Shown here: piece after piece, positions 23,706 to 37,540 of the stretch
Layout: every line of letters begins with the position of its first letter
How positions within the stretch are numbered: position 1 is the stretch's first letter
NCBI GenBank assembly: GCA_964016885.1
Contig: OZ024761.1
Coordinates: forward strand, 4,154,001-4,218,000
Source: Eledone cirrhosa
Lineage: Eukaryota
Length of the DNA stretch: 64,000 nucleotides
Reading direction: 5' to 3'
Position numbers and translations under genes: made by a program
The notes under the pieces: generated by a model
Told to the model about the DNA's origin: nothing
Databases searched by the model: none
The model's input: the letters and a program-made list of their open reading frames with translations, nothing else

Positions 23706-25703
23706 GGCTGGGCCTTCGGAAATAGTTGCTGAAATGCTGAAAGCTTCTGGGACGGTGGGACACACCATGGTCACCCGGATAGTAAACCAAGTCATACAGA
23801 ATGGGGTTGTTCCTAAAGGACTGGCGTAGCAGCATCATCATTATCTGCTACAAGAGTAAAGGAGATGCCCTAGATAGGGGTAACTATAGAGGCATTAAAT
23901 TAATCGACCAGGTCATGAAGGTCACGGAAAAAGTAATAGCGCAACTAATCAGAGAGCGAATTGATCTAGAGGAAATGCAGTTCGGGTTTGTGTCAGGCAA
24001 AAGTACCACAGACGCTCTTTTCATTGTACGACAACTACAGGAGAAGTACCTAGCTAAAAGTAAACCCCTATACTTAGCTTTCGTCGACTTGGAGAAAGCC
24101 TTCGACAGAGTCCCCCGTTCCATTATCTGGTGGGCTCTTAGAAAACTAGGTGTTGATGAATGGCTTGTGAGAGCTATACAAGCCATGTATAAAGAAACAG
24201 TCAGCAAGGTTAGAATTAACAACGAATATAGTGAAGAGTTTAGCGTAAAAGTTGGTGTTCATCAGGGCTCTGTTCTTAGCCCCCTACTATTTATTATTGC
24301 CCTTCAGGCTATAACAGTGGAATTCAAGACCGGCTGCCCATGGGAACTCCTGTACGCAAATGATCTAACGCTCATAGCTGAATCAATGGCTGAACTAGAG
24401 AAGAAATTCCAAACATGGAAGCATGGACTAGAATCAAAAAGCCTTAAAATTAATCTGTCTAAGACTAAAGTTCTAGTTTGTAGGAAGAAAAATAGGGCAC
24501 CGGTCCCATCCGGGAAATGGCCATGCTCAGTGTGTAGGAAAGGAGTAGGTAGAAACTCCATTTTATGTCCCAAATGCAAAGTATGGGTGCATAAAAGATG
24601 GAGTGGGATCATAGGTAAGCTAACTAAGAATATAGATTTTATATGTGGCCGGTGCTCTAGTGCAATAAGTAGCAGCAAGTGCCCACAGAATACTAGCTCA
24701 TTCCATTGCACAGATGGTTCTATAGAAATAGTGGACATCTTCCGTTACTTGGGTGACAAAATCAGCAGTGGTGGAGGGTGCTCTGAAAGTACAGTAGCTA
24801 GAGTCAGAACTGGATGGAAAAAGTTCAGAGAGCTTATACCACTATTAGCCGCTTAAAGGTTCTCTCTAAAAATGAAAGGCAGGCTGTATGATGCCTGCAT
24901 ACGAACAGCAATGTTGCATGGCAGTGAGACCTGAGCATTGTGTGCAGAGGATATACGCAGACTAGAGAGGAACGAAGCTTGCATGCTCCGCTGGATGTGT
25001 AATAGCAATATACGTGAACGGGAAAGCATAAATGAACTAAGGGAAAAATTAGAAATAAGAGGGATCAGATGTTGTTTACTCGAGAGAAGACTATGTTGGT
25101 ATGGTCACATGATGCGCATGAAAGACGACAGCTGTATAACAAAGTGCAGGGCAATAAAAATAGACGGTAGCCACTGAGTAGGCAGACCCAGAAAAACCTG
25201 GGACGACTTGATAAATTCCGACCTCACACACTTACACCTCTCCAAGACAATGTCACTGGACCGAGATCTTTGGCGCTATACAGTAATACAGAAGACGCGC
25301 CTTACCTAAGTACAAAGTGAAACCTACTACAGTCAGTAGGCACCTCTAACAAAAATACACCCCCGTCCCACTACCCCCACCCCATCCACACCACTCCTTT
25401 CAATGTAAAGTTATGTTGGTACCACAACATCCAGTCCGAAACAAATGAGGTCGTGTAGGTGTCACAACAAAGAAACACACAGTCCACGCTGTAATGTGGC
25501 CGTGTAGGCAACACGGTAAAAACCTCCCAGTCCCACACTGTAAATGTGGTTGGCGTTAGGAAGGGCATCCAGCCGTAGAAAACCCGCCAGACAGTCCTAT
25601 GCGAGCAAGACAACCACTCTTGCCTCAAGTGGGAAAACTCCCGTCCAAACCCATGCAAGCGTGGAAGATGGACGTTAAACGATGATGATGATGATGATGA
25701 TGA

Positions 25704-25707
<4 letters not shown>
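23701..25707 (+). mobile_element. RTE-clade LINE family A (PHD-RT), 5'-truncated and inactivated
   Basis: RT motifs with YADD mutated to YAND, a Cys/His finger, in-frame stops, 3' UTR and (GAT)n tail. (TA)n on both flanks. Confidence 0.95.
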
Positions 25708-25773
<66 letters not shown>

Positions 25774-25884
25774 TTACACATATTTATGAGATGTCAACAT
25801 GAATGGACCAGTTATTTTCATCTAAAGACACTTTTTCCAATTCCAACCCACCCGTCCCCTCAATCTATCTTATTTCTCATTCTT

Positions 25885-25920
25885 TCTTCTGATGAAGGAC
25901 TAGCGTCCGAAACGTTAAGA
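25885..25920 (+). ncRNA. Minimal type I hammerhead ribozyme motif
   Basis: TCTT-CTGATGA-A-GGAC(TAGC)GTCC-GAAAC-GTT-AAGA with palindromic stem III (AACGTT). Confidence 0.78.
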
Positions 25921-26004
25921 CCCTCTTCCTACTATTTCAAGCGGTAACCTAATATATACCTTCCATATACTGTACCGATTGTGTTGTTATTTCTGTTTAC
26001 CTTT

Positions 26005-26073
<69 letters not shown>

Positions 26074-26077
26074 GTGA

Positions 26078-26121
<44 letters not shown>

Positions 26122-26125
26122 GTGA

Positions 26126-26185
<60 letters not shown>

Positions 26186-26219
26186 GTGAGTGTGTGTGTA
26201 TATATATATATATACATTT

Positions 26220-26276
<57 letters not shown>

Positions 26277-26370
26277 TACATACATGTATCTATGTATGCC
26301 TATTGTAATTATCTGTGCGTGTAAATAAATTATAGCGATAGTATAGATATTTACACAATTTACATGCACT

Positions 26371-26691
26371 AACACACACACACAGCCAGCCACACACACA
26401 CACACACACACACAGCCAGCCACACACACACACAGCCAGCCACACACACACACACAGCCAGCCACACACACACACAGCCAGCCACACACACACACACAGC
26501 CAGCCACACACACACACACACACAGCCAGCCACACACACACACAGCCATCCACACACACACACACACACAGCCAGCCACACACACACACACAGCCAGCCA
26601 CCAACACACACAGCCAGCCACACACAAACAGCCGGCCACACACACACAGCCACCAACAAACACAGCCAGCCATACACACACACACAGCCAG

Positions 26692-26723
<32 letters not shown>

Positions 26724-29700
26724 CCAGCCACACACACACACGCACACACAGCCAGCCACCAACACACACAGCCAGCCACCAATACACACACACACACACA
26801 CACACAGCCGGCCATACACACACACAGCCAGCCACCAGTACACACACACACAGCCAGCCACACACCCGCACACAGCCAGCCACACACACGGCCAGCCACC
26901 AACACACACAGCCAGCCACCAACACACACAGCCAGCCACCAACACACACAGCCAGCCACCAACACACACAGCCAGCCACCAACACACACAGCCAGCCACC
27001 AACACACACACAGCCAGCCACCCACACACACAGCCAGCCACCAACACACACAGCCAGCCACCAATACACACAGCCAGCCACCAACACACACAGCCAGCCA
27101 CCAATACACACAGACAGCCACCAACACACACACAGCCAGCCACCCACACACACAGCCAGCCACCAACACACACAGCCAGCCACCAACACACACACACAGC
27201 CAGCCACCAACACACACACACAGCCAGCCACCAATACACACAGCCAGCCACCAACACACACAGCCAGCCACCAACACACACAGCCAGCCACCAACACACA
27301 CAGCCAGCCACCAACACACACAGCCAGCCACCAATACACACAGCCAGCCACCAACACACACAGCCAGCCACCAACACACACAGCCAGCCACCAACACACA
27401 CAGCCAGCCACCAACACACACACAGCCAGCCACCAACACACACAGCCAGCCACACACACACAGCCACCAACACACACACAGCCAGCCACCAACACAGACA
27501 GCCAGCCACCAACACACACACAGCCACCAACACACACACAGCCACCAACACACACACAGCCACTAACACACACACAGCCACCAACACACACACAGCCAGC
27601 CACCAACACACACAGCCAGCCACCAATACACACAGCCAGCCACCAATACACACAGCCAGCCACCAACACACACAGACAGCCACCAACACACACAGCCAGC
27701 CACCAATACACGCAGCCAGCCACCAACACACACACAGCCAGCCACCAATACACACACAGCCAGCCACCAACACACACAGCCACCAATACACACACAGCCA
27801 GCCACCAACACACACTGCCAGCCACCAACACACACAGCCAGCCACCAATACACACACAGCCAGCCACCAATACACACACAGCCAGCCACCCACACACACA
27901 GCCAGCCACCCACACACACAGCCAGCCACCAACTCACACACAGCCAGCCACCAACACACACAGCCAGCCACCAACACACACAGCCAGCACACAACACACA
28001 CAGCCAGCCTCCAACACACACTGCCAGCGCCCAATACATACACAGCCAGCCACCAACACACACAGCCAGCGCCCAATACACACACAGCCAGCCACCCACA
28101 CACACAGCCAGCCACCAACACACACAGCCAGCCACCCACACACACAGCCAGCCACCAATACACACACAGCCAGCCCCCAATACACACACAGCCAGCCACC
28201 AACACACACAGCCAGCCACCAACACACACAGCCAGCCTCCAACACACACTGCCAGCCACCAATACACATACAGCCAGCCCCCAACACACACAGCCAGCCC
28301 CCAATACACACACAGCCAGCCACCAACACACACAGCCAGCCCCCAATACACACACAGCCAGCCACCCACACACACAGCCAGCCACCAACACACACAGCCA
28401 GCCACCAACTCACACACAGCCAGCCACCAACACACACAGCCAGCCACCAATACACACACAGCCAGCCACCCACACACATAGCCAGCCACCAACACACACA
28501 GCCAGCCACCAACTCACACACAGCCAGCCACCAACACACACAGCCAGCCACCAATACACACACAGCCAGCCACCAACACACACACAGCCAGCCACCAACA
28601 CACACAGCCAGCCACCCACACACACAGCCAGCCACCCACACACACAGCCAGCCACCAACTCACACACAGCCAGCCACCAACACACACAGCCAGCCACCAA
28701 TACACACAGCCAGCCACCAACACACACAGCCAGCCACCAACACACACACAGAGCCAGCCACCAACACACACACAGCCAGCCACCAACACACACAGCCAGC
28801 CACACACACACAGCCACCAACACACACACAGCCAGCCACCAACACAGACAGCCAGCCACCAACACACACACAGCCACCAACACACACACAGCCACCAACA
28901 CACACACAGCCACTAACACACACACAGCCACCAACACACACACAGCCAGCCACCAACACACACAGCCTGCCACCAACACACACACAGCCACTAACACACA
29001 GCCAGCCACCAACACACACAGCCAGCCACCAACACACACACACAGCCAGCCACCAACACACACAGCCAGCCACCAACACACACACACAGCCAGCCACCAA
29101 CACACACAGCCACCAACACACACACAGCCAGCCACCAAGACACACAGCCAGCCACCAACACACACAGCCACTAACACACAGCCAGCCACCAACACACACA
29201 CACAGCCAGCCACCAACACACACAGCCAGCCACCAACACACACAGCCACCAACACACACACAGCCAGCCACCAATACACAAACAGCCACCAACACACACA
29301 CAGCCACCAACACACACACAGCCACCAACACACACACACAGCCAGCCACCAACACACACACAGCCAGCCACCAACACACACACAGCCAGCCACCAACACA
29401 CACACAGCCACCAATACACACAGCCAGCCACCAACACACAGCCAGCCACCAACACACACACAGCCACCAATACACACACAGAGCCACCAACACACACACA
29501 GCCAGCCACCAATACACACACAGCCAGCCACCAACACACACACAGCCAGCCACCAATACACACACAGCCAGCCACCAACACACACACAGCCACCAACACA
29601 CACACAGCCACCAACACACACACAGCCACTAACACACACACAGCCACCAACACACACACAGCCAGCCACCAACACACAGCCAGCCACCAACACACACACA

Positions 29701-30532
29701 GCCACTAACACACAGCCAGCCACCAACACACACACAGCCACTAACACACAGCCAGCCACCAACACACACACACAGCCAGCCACCAACACACACAGCCAGC
29801 CACCAACACACACACACAGCCAGCCACCAACACACACAGCCACCAACACACACACAGCCAGCCACCAATACACAAACAGCCACCAACACACACACAGCCA
29901 CCAACACACACACACAGCCAGCCACCAACACACACACAGCCAGCCACCAACACACACACAGCCAGCCACCAACACACACACAGCCACCAATACACACAGC
30001 CAGCCACCAACACACAGCCAGCCACCAACACACACACAGCCACCAATACACACACAGAGCCACCAACACACACACAGCCAGCCACCAATACACACAGCCA
30101 GCCACCAACACACACACAGCCACCAATACACACACAGAGCCACCAACACACACACAGCCAGCCACCAATACACACAGCCAGCCACCAACACACACACAGC
30201 CACCAACACACACACAGCCACCAATACACACACAGCCAGCCACCAACACACACACACAGCCACCAACACACACACAGCCAGCCACCAATACACACACAGC
30301 CACCAACACACACACCACCACACACACAGCCACCAACACACACACACAGCCAGCCACCAATACACACACAGCCACCAACACACACACCACCACACACACA
30401 GCCACCAAAACACACACACAGCCAGCCACCAATACACACACAGCCACCAACACACACACCAACACACACACAGCCACCAACACACACACACAGCCAGCCA
30501 CCAACACACACAGCCAGCCACACACACACACA
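26371..30532. repeat. 4.2-kb compound CA-rich satellite (~20-bp unit CAGCCAGCCACCAACACACA)
   Basis: Directly visible, with extreme strand asymmetry (almost no T on the plus strand). Confidence 0.97.
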
Positions 30533-31036
30533 TATAGCGAGATAAGAGGTATATTTTAATTGCTAAACATGCGTTAGTCTAGCAATTCTTTACTTGCTCA
30601 AAAATACAAATTTACATATTCAAACATGATGAGGGAGATCTTAATTTAGAATATATTACATAAAATGTGAGGTGGCTGCTGTTGTTTGTGTATACACACC
30701 ATATATATATATATATATATATACACACACCACACACACACATATATACACACACATACACACACACATACACACACATATACACACACATATATATATA
30801 TATATATTTCTCTGATAATATTATCTATGTCTCATTGAGACTGTCTGTATATCACTGACAAAAAACCTTCTGTGATATATATACATATCTATACATACAT
30901 ATATATATGTATATATATATATACATATCTATACATACATATATATATGTATATATATATACATATCTATACATACATATATATATGTATATATATATAC
31001 ATATCTATACATACATATATATGTATATATATATAT

Positions 31037-32818
31037 CATCATCATCGTTTAACGTCCATCTTCCACGCTAGCATGGGTTTGGACGGGAGTTTTCCCACTT
31101 GAGGCAAGAGTGGTTGTCTTGCTCGCATAGGACTGTCTGGCGGGTTTTCTACAGCTGGATGCCCTTCCTAACACCAAGCACATTTACAGTGTGGGGCTGG
31201 GAGGTTTTTACCGTGTTGCCTACACGGCCACATTACAGCGTGGACTGTGTGTTTTTTTGTCGTGACACCTACACGACCTCATTTGTTTCGGCCTGGATGT
31301 TGTGGCACCAACATAACTTTACATTGAAAGGGGTGGTGCGGATGGGGTGTGGGGGGGGGGGGGGTATTTTGTTAGAGATGCCTACTGACTGTAGTAGGTT
31401 TTACTTTGTATTTAGGTAAGGCGGGTCTTCTCTATTACTGAGTGCCGCCAAAGATCTCGGTCCAGTGACATTGTCTTGGAGAGGTGTAAGTGTGTGAGGT
31501 CGGAGTTTATCAGCTCGTCCCAGGTTTTTCTGGGTCTGCCTACTCCGTGGCTACCGTCCATCTTTATTGCCCTGCACTTTTTTATACAGCTGTCGTCTTT
31601 CATGCGCATCACGTGACCATACCAACGTAGCCTTCTCTCGAGTAAACAACATCTGATCCCTCTTATTTCTAATTTTTCCCTTAGTTCGTTTATGCTTTGC
31701 CGTTCGCGTATATTACTATTACACATCCAGCGGAGCATGCAAGCTTCGTTCCTCTCTAGTCTGCGTATATCCTCTGCACACAATGCCCAGGTCTCACTGC
31801 CATGCAACATTGCTGTTCGTATGCAGGCATCATACAGCCTGCCTTTCATTTTTAGGGAGAACCCTTTAGCGGCTAATAGTGGTATAAGCTCTCTGAACTT
31901 TTTCCATCCAGTTCTGACTCTAGCTACTGTACTTTCAGAGCACCCTCCCCCACTGCTGATTTTGTCACCCAGGTAACGGAAGCTGTCCACTATTTCTATA
32001 GAACCCTCTGCACAATTGAAAGAGCTAGTATTTTGTGGGCACTTGCTGCTACTTATTGCCCCAGAGCACCGGCCACATGTAAAATCTACGTTCTTAGTTA
32101 GCTTACCTATGATCCCACTGCATCTTTTATGCACCCATACTTTGCATTTGGGACATAAAATGGAGTTTCTACCTACGCCTTTCCTACACACTGAGCATGG
32201 CCATTTCCCGGAAGGGACCGGCGCCTTATTTTCTTTCCTACAAACTAGAACTTTAGTCTTAGCCAGGTTAATTTTAAGGCCTTTTGATTCTAGGCCGTGC
32301 TTCCATGTTTGGAATTTCTTCTCTAGCTCGGCCATTGATTCAGCTATGAGCGTTAGATCATCTGCGTATAGGAGTTCCCATGGGCAGCCAGTCTTGAACT
32401 CCACTGTTATAGCCTGAAGGGCAATAATAAATAGTAGGGGGCTAAGAACAGAGCCCTGATGAACACCAACTTTTACGCTAAACTCTTCACTATATTCGTT
32501 GTTAATTCTAACCTTGCTGACTGTTTCTTTATACATGGCTTGTATAGCTCTCACAAGCCATTCATCAACACCTAGTTTTCTAAGAGCCCACCAGATAATG
32601 GAACGGGGGACTCTGTCGAAGGCTTTCTCCAAGTCGACGAAAGCTAAGTATAGGGGTTTACTTTTAGCTAGGTACTTCTCCTGTAGTTGTCGTACAATGA
32701 AAAGAGCGTCTGTGGTACTTTTGCCTGACACAAACCCGAACTGCATTTCATCTAGATCAATTCTCTCTCTGATTAGTTGCGCTATTACTTTTTCTGTGAC
32801 CTTCATGACCTGGTCGAT
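31037..32818 (-). mobile_element. RTE-clade LINE family A (PHD-RT), 5'-truncated with an intact reading frame
   Basis: Uninterrupted 464-aa ORF 31412-32806 with YADD and a C4HC3 finger, plus 3' UTR and (GAT)n tail. The same TA-rich minisatellite lies on both sides. Confidence 0.96.
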
Positions 32819-32889
32819 TTATTTAATATATATACATATCTATACATACATATATATGTATATATATATATACATATCTATACATACAT

Positions 32890-34329
32890 ATAAAACTGAA
32901 ATTGTCTGTGTGTGTGTGTGTGAGTCCTAATTTTTATAAAAGTCTATACAAATCCACATTTCTACTGCGATTGACTTCAAACTTGTATTTATATATTCCT
33001 TGTGGTCTAAAGATATTAACTGCAGCTTTTCTGTTGTTAAAGGAGTGTTAGACACCAGTTAGCGATCTCTATCTCTTTCTTAGTCTGTCTCTTTAGATAG
33101 ATACATAGCTATAACTTCGCGCCCTTATCATATTTGTCTCTATGTCTGGCTGTCTGCATTACGACATTATGAAAACATTGTTCTCATTGCTGACGTATTA
33201 TCTTCGCTATTTTCCATTCATTACCAGGGAACGTCTTCACGAACCAAAGTATCGTCTTCCTGTTTTCCTTCGGTTGCAACATTTTTCGAAATATTTACTT
33301 TTGCGTTCACAGATTGATTTTTTTTAGTTTCAGAAGATCCCGTTAAGGGTGAAAGCAGCGATTCTTTGCTTAAACTTTAATCTGTTATTTTAATATATAA
33401 ATATAATTATATATTCGTGTACAGATATTTTTGCATACACAAAAACAAAATATAAACAAACGTATTTATTTCACAGAAACACAGACGGCTTATCGCCATT
33501 GTTACTGCCGATATGCCACCCAAAAATTCCCACTATTTTTGGCACAAGGCCAGCAATTACATAGTCAACGGTTTGGAAATCACATGCATCACTGACGAGT
33601 TTACTCCTTACTCTACCAGTTAGTTTTAGTGTACTTCGTCCTGCTTTTAGGTCATGCCTCGAAGGAAGAGATACTCCATTGGCCGAAATACTGCGAAAGC
33701 GGCAAGAAAAAGAACAAGGCGGGCAAACGAATCGTCAGTGAAATCTGCTATTCGACGGTCGCAAGATGCTGAACGTACTGCCACCAGAAGAACACTTGAA
33801 ACAGACAACCAACGAACCATTCGCCGAACCGTGTCAGCTTTGCAATGTCTATCAACAAATCCCAGGGTCAGACCCTAGCTGTTGCTGGTCTTCTTTTGGA
33901 AGAGTCACGTTTTTCACACGGGCAACTATACGTTGGCTGCTCAAGAGTGGGAAGCAAGACAAATCTCTTTGTATAGGCCCGACACGGAAGAACAAGGAAC
34001 ATTGTGTACAAGGAGGTGTTACAATCATTGTTTAGGTAGACGAAGCAGAAGGGGATATACACGATTGGCTGAAGAAGGACGAGACTGTGTTAGTAGTACA
34101 ACCAACGGCTACTATCACACCAACAGCAACAAAAACAACAACAAAAAAGAGAGGGAACGCAATTACATGCTTTTGAAAAATCTTAATGGAAAATGATTTG
34201 CCTAAGCACAAAATGTAGACACCATCCCGAGGCCGAGGTATTCCGTACTTCTCTGTACTGTTTCAGAAAGGAGGGATAAACATGCCAATCTATGTTTAGA
34301 AGCCTGGGCAATGCCAGGCCATTCTGCTA

Positions 34330-34330
<1 letters not shown>
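32890..34330 (+). mobile_element. Internally deleted Helitron
   Basis: 5' TATAAAA...GTCTGTGTGTG resembles the 19205 end. The N-terminal MPRRKR...ETDNQR ORF is joined to the helicase end FSHGQLYVGCSRVG. 3' hairpin GCCTGG-GCAATG-CCAGGC then CTAG|T. Confidence 0.88.
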
Positions 34331-34380
<50 letters not shown>

Positions 34381-34541
34381 TGTGTGGCTGTGTGTGAATT
34401 TTCATAAAATTGTAGGAATCTCAGTGCGGGATAGCTGTAAACTGCTGATTGCTATGTGCATAGCAAAAAGTATAAGCACATATATATAAGCACATATTGA
34501 ATAGAATAACCGAGAGAAATGAGAGGAGTGTATATATATAT

Positions 34542-34542
<1 letters not shown>

Positions 34543-34610
<68 letters not shown>

Positions 34611-34640
34611 AGAGAGAGAGAGAAAGAGGGAGAGAGAGAG
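34543..34640. repeat. (GA)n microsatellite
   Basis: Directly visible. Confidence 0.95.
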
Positions 34641-34914
34641 AATAGGAGTGGAGAAGAGAAAAGCGGGAATGATTTCTTTTTGGAGGGGAGGGGGGATTAT
34701 GAAAAATAAAAAATAACAGAGAAAGGATGAAGAATGTAAAATAAAGAGAAATACAAAACTATAGCGTTGTGATCAGCTTCCTTCTAGATCCACATGGTTT
34801 CGTGTGGTGAGCTAGATCTGAACTAACCCAGTAGTCTGCTAGCTTAGTTGGGACTTAGCTGTAGAAATGGCCGGAGCTCAGCCATCGGGTTAATGACTCT
34901 TTTCATATATTTAT

Positions 34915-35134
34915 CATTTCATCATCATTTCATTTTACGTCCGCTTTTCCCTGCTTGCAAGGGTGGGACGGGAACTGATACTGGCTTGATTTCTACAGCT
35001 GGATGCCCTTCCTAACACCAACCTCATTTACAGTGAGTGCTGGGTGCTTTTTTGCCGTGGCACCTCCACGACCACTTTGCAGTGGAATGATAGGGACCTC
35101 AGTCCCTAGCATCTCATTTCTACAGCTGAGTAAA
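34915..35134 (-). mobile_element. SINE family 1, 3' half
   Basis: Reverse complement of 20565-20770. Confidence 0.88.
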
Positions 35135-35144
35135 TATATATATA

Positions 35145-35175
<31 letters not shown>

Positions 35176-35394
35176 ATGTGTGTGTGTGGGTGAGTGTGTG
35201 TCTGTGTGTGTTTATATATGTATATACATATACATGATAAATCAGTCAGGGGAGACGAGTTAAATCTTTCAAGCGCAGCTGCCTTTGATGTATTCAACTC
35301 ATTTCTGTCTGTATTTTTAATGAAATGCTGTCTGTTTCAATTAATGAATTTCGAAGGATTTACTAAAATTATTAATTATTTCATTACCCAGATC

Positions 35395-35625
35395 ATAATC
35401 ATCATCGTTTAACATCTGCCTTCCCTGCTAGCAAGGGTTGGACAGGACCACATAGACCATATCGGTACTGAAGTGGAACTACTGACCTTCTCCCTGCTAG
35501 CAAGGATTTGACAGGTCTACACCATGTCAGTACTGAAGGGGTACCGTTGACCTCCTCCCTACTAGCAAGGGTTTGACATGTCTACACCATGTCGGTACTG
35601 AAGGGGTACCGTTGACCTCCCGGAC
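35395..35625. repeat. ~62-bp tandem repeat (3-4 copies) seeded from an RTE-type 3' end
   Basis: CCCTGCTAGCAAGGG...GTACTGAAG repeated, following a (CAT)n-GTTTAAC tail. Confidence 0.7.
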
Positions 35626-35907
35626 AGGCTGATGTGTCTCCATCATGCTTACATATGGTCATATGTACTATTGAATGAAGATTTTAATTTAAGATCCCTT
35701 TAAAATGGGTGGTTTTGTTTCATAGAACCACGATTAGTTTCAAGCAGGTTAATTTTATATATTATCATCATCATCACTGTTTAACATCCATGTTTCCATG
35801 CTAGCATGGGTTGACCCATTGTGAGTTCAGGTAACAATGTCTTGCCCATACAGAACTGATGCTGGCTTGGTTTCTACAGTTGGATACCCTCCCTAACACC
35901 AACCACA

Positions 35908-36324
35908 TTTACAATGTGTACTGGGTGCTTTTTGTCATGTCACCAACACGACCACCTTACAGGGTGGACTGGGTGTTTTTTGTCATGTTATCAATACAAC
36001 CACTTTACAGGGTGGACTGGGTACTTTTTGTTATGTTATCAATACAACCACTTTACAGGGTGGACTGGGTGTTTTTTGTCATGTCACCAACACAACCACT
36101 TTACAGGGTGGACTGGGCGTTTTTTGTCATGTCCCCAACATGACCACCTTACAGGGTGGGCTAGGTGCTTTTTGTCATGTGACCAACACGACCACCTTAC
36201 AGGGTGGGCTGGGTGCTTTTTGTCATGTCACCAACACGACCACTTTACAGGGTGGGCTGGGTGCTTTTTGTCATGTCACCAACACGACCACTTTACAGGG
36301 TGGGCTGGGTGCTTTTTGTCATGT
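35908..36324. repeat. ~44-bp minisatellite derived from the SINE/RTE 3'-UTR module
   Basis: TTACAGGGTGG(A/G)CTGGGTGCTTTTTGTCATGTCACCAACACGACCAC, about 9 copies, continuing an RTE-type tail at 35762-35908. Confidence 0.9.
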
Positions 36325-36856
36325 TAATTGATATGTATGTGTATGAGGGTGGGCTAAAAGATTCATAGGCTGACTATGAAGGAGTGATGTTAGAGCTGTG
36401 AAATCTTGTAAGCATTAATTTCAACTCTTTTTATTAATGTATGATATACCACAATATCTATATCAGGTCCATCAGGTGAGATTAGATTAAATGCTGATAC
36501 AACTGATTTTCACCTGTCACATGATAAGTGCAGCTGTCCTTAATCCTGTCATTACCATATTTCTAAAGACACCACCTATAGTTTTCAAATAACAAAGTAT
36601 TAGGAGGGATATAGTAACATAACTATGAAGGTGATGGCCTAGTGGTTAGGGCTTATGATTGTGAGGTTGTGAGTTTGATTCCCAAACTGGGTGATGTGCC
36701 GTGTCCTTGAACAAGACACTTTATTTCACATTACTCCAGTTTACTCTGCTGGAGAAATGAGTTGCAGTGCCAAGCTGTAATGGCCTTTGTCTTTCCCTTG
36801 GACAACATATATAATGAATAATGTAGTGTATATATAGTATATATCCAGTGTGTATA

Positions 36857-37540
36857 GTAGAATAATCGAGAATCGGAATATCAGCCCACGAAATCACGAT
36901 AAAAAATATCCGACATGTGTGGCAGAGGGCTCAATAATTTGGATAAATCAGAGCTATAACTATCGTTAAAATACCAACACATAGAGATCATGCCTAAAAT
37001 CAGCCGTGCAGCCGAAAAAGAACGACCAGGAAGATTCGGGTCACTCAAATAAAATATCAATAAATTAATAAATTAAATGAATGTAAAAAAACTTACCCGG
37101 ACCCGCTAGAAGGGTGTTAAATCTAGCTTCTTGGGTTTCTGCAATTCCTTAATCCAATCACTATCAGCCCACATAAAAAATATATAAGACTTCTAGAGAA
37201 GGGGTGAACGCGGAACAGCTTTATCAACGAGTTTTCGTCCAATAATACAGAGGGGACCTATAGCCAAAAACGCACATGGTACCCAGCAAGGGAAGGAACC
37301 TCTGTATTAGCAAAAGAATTCGGTGATGTGTAAATTATGTAAGAATACAAATTATCACATATCGAATCAGAGTGCTCAACAGACGTGTTAAAATAAACAA
37401 GAGCTATTCATCAGTCAATAAGATCAACAAAAAAATCATCAATAAAATGAACTGGTCAATAGCTAAGGTCTAGAGCTAAATATAGTAGAATAATCGAGAA
37501 TCGGAATATCAGCCCACGAAATCACGATAAAAAATATCCG
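36857..37540. mobile_element. Unclassified insertion with 56-bp terminal direct repeats and a 9-bp TSD
   Basis: 36857-36912 is identical to 37485-37540. GTGTGTATA occurs on both flanks. Confidence 0.65.

Noticed and set aside
26004-30533. Long Cys/Val/Trp/Gly-rich ORFs (up to 795 aa)
   Set aside because: All three minus frames are largely open because the repeat strand has almost no A, and there is no coding signature.
37230-37420. Possible hammerhead in the 36857-37540 insertion
   Set aside because: CTGATGA and GAAA on the minus strand are too far apart and the stems could not be closed.
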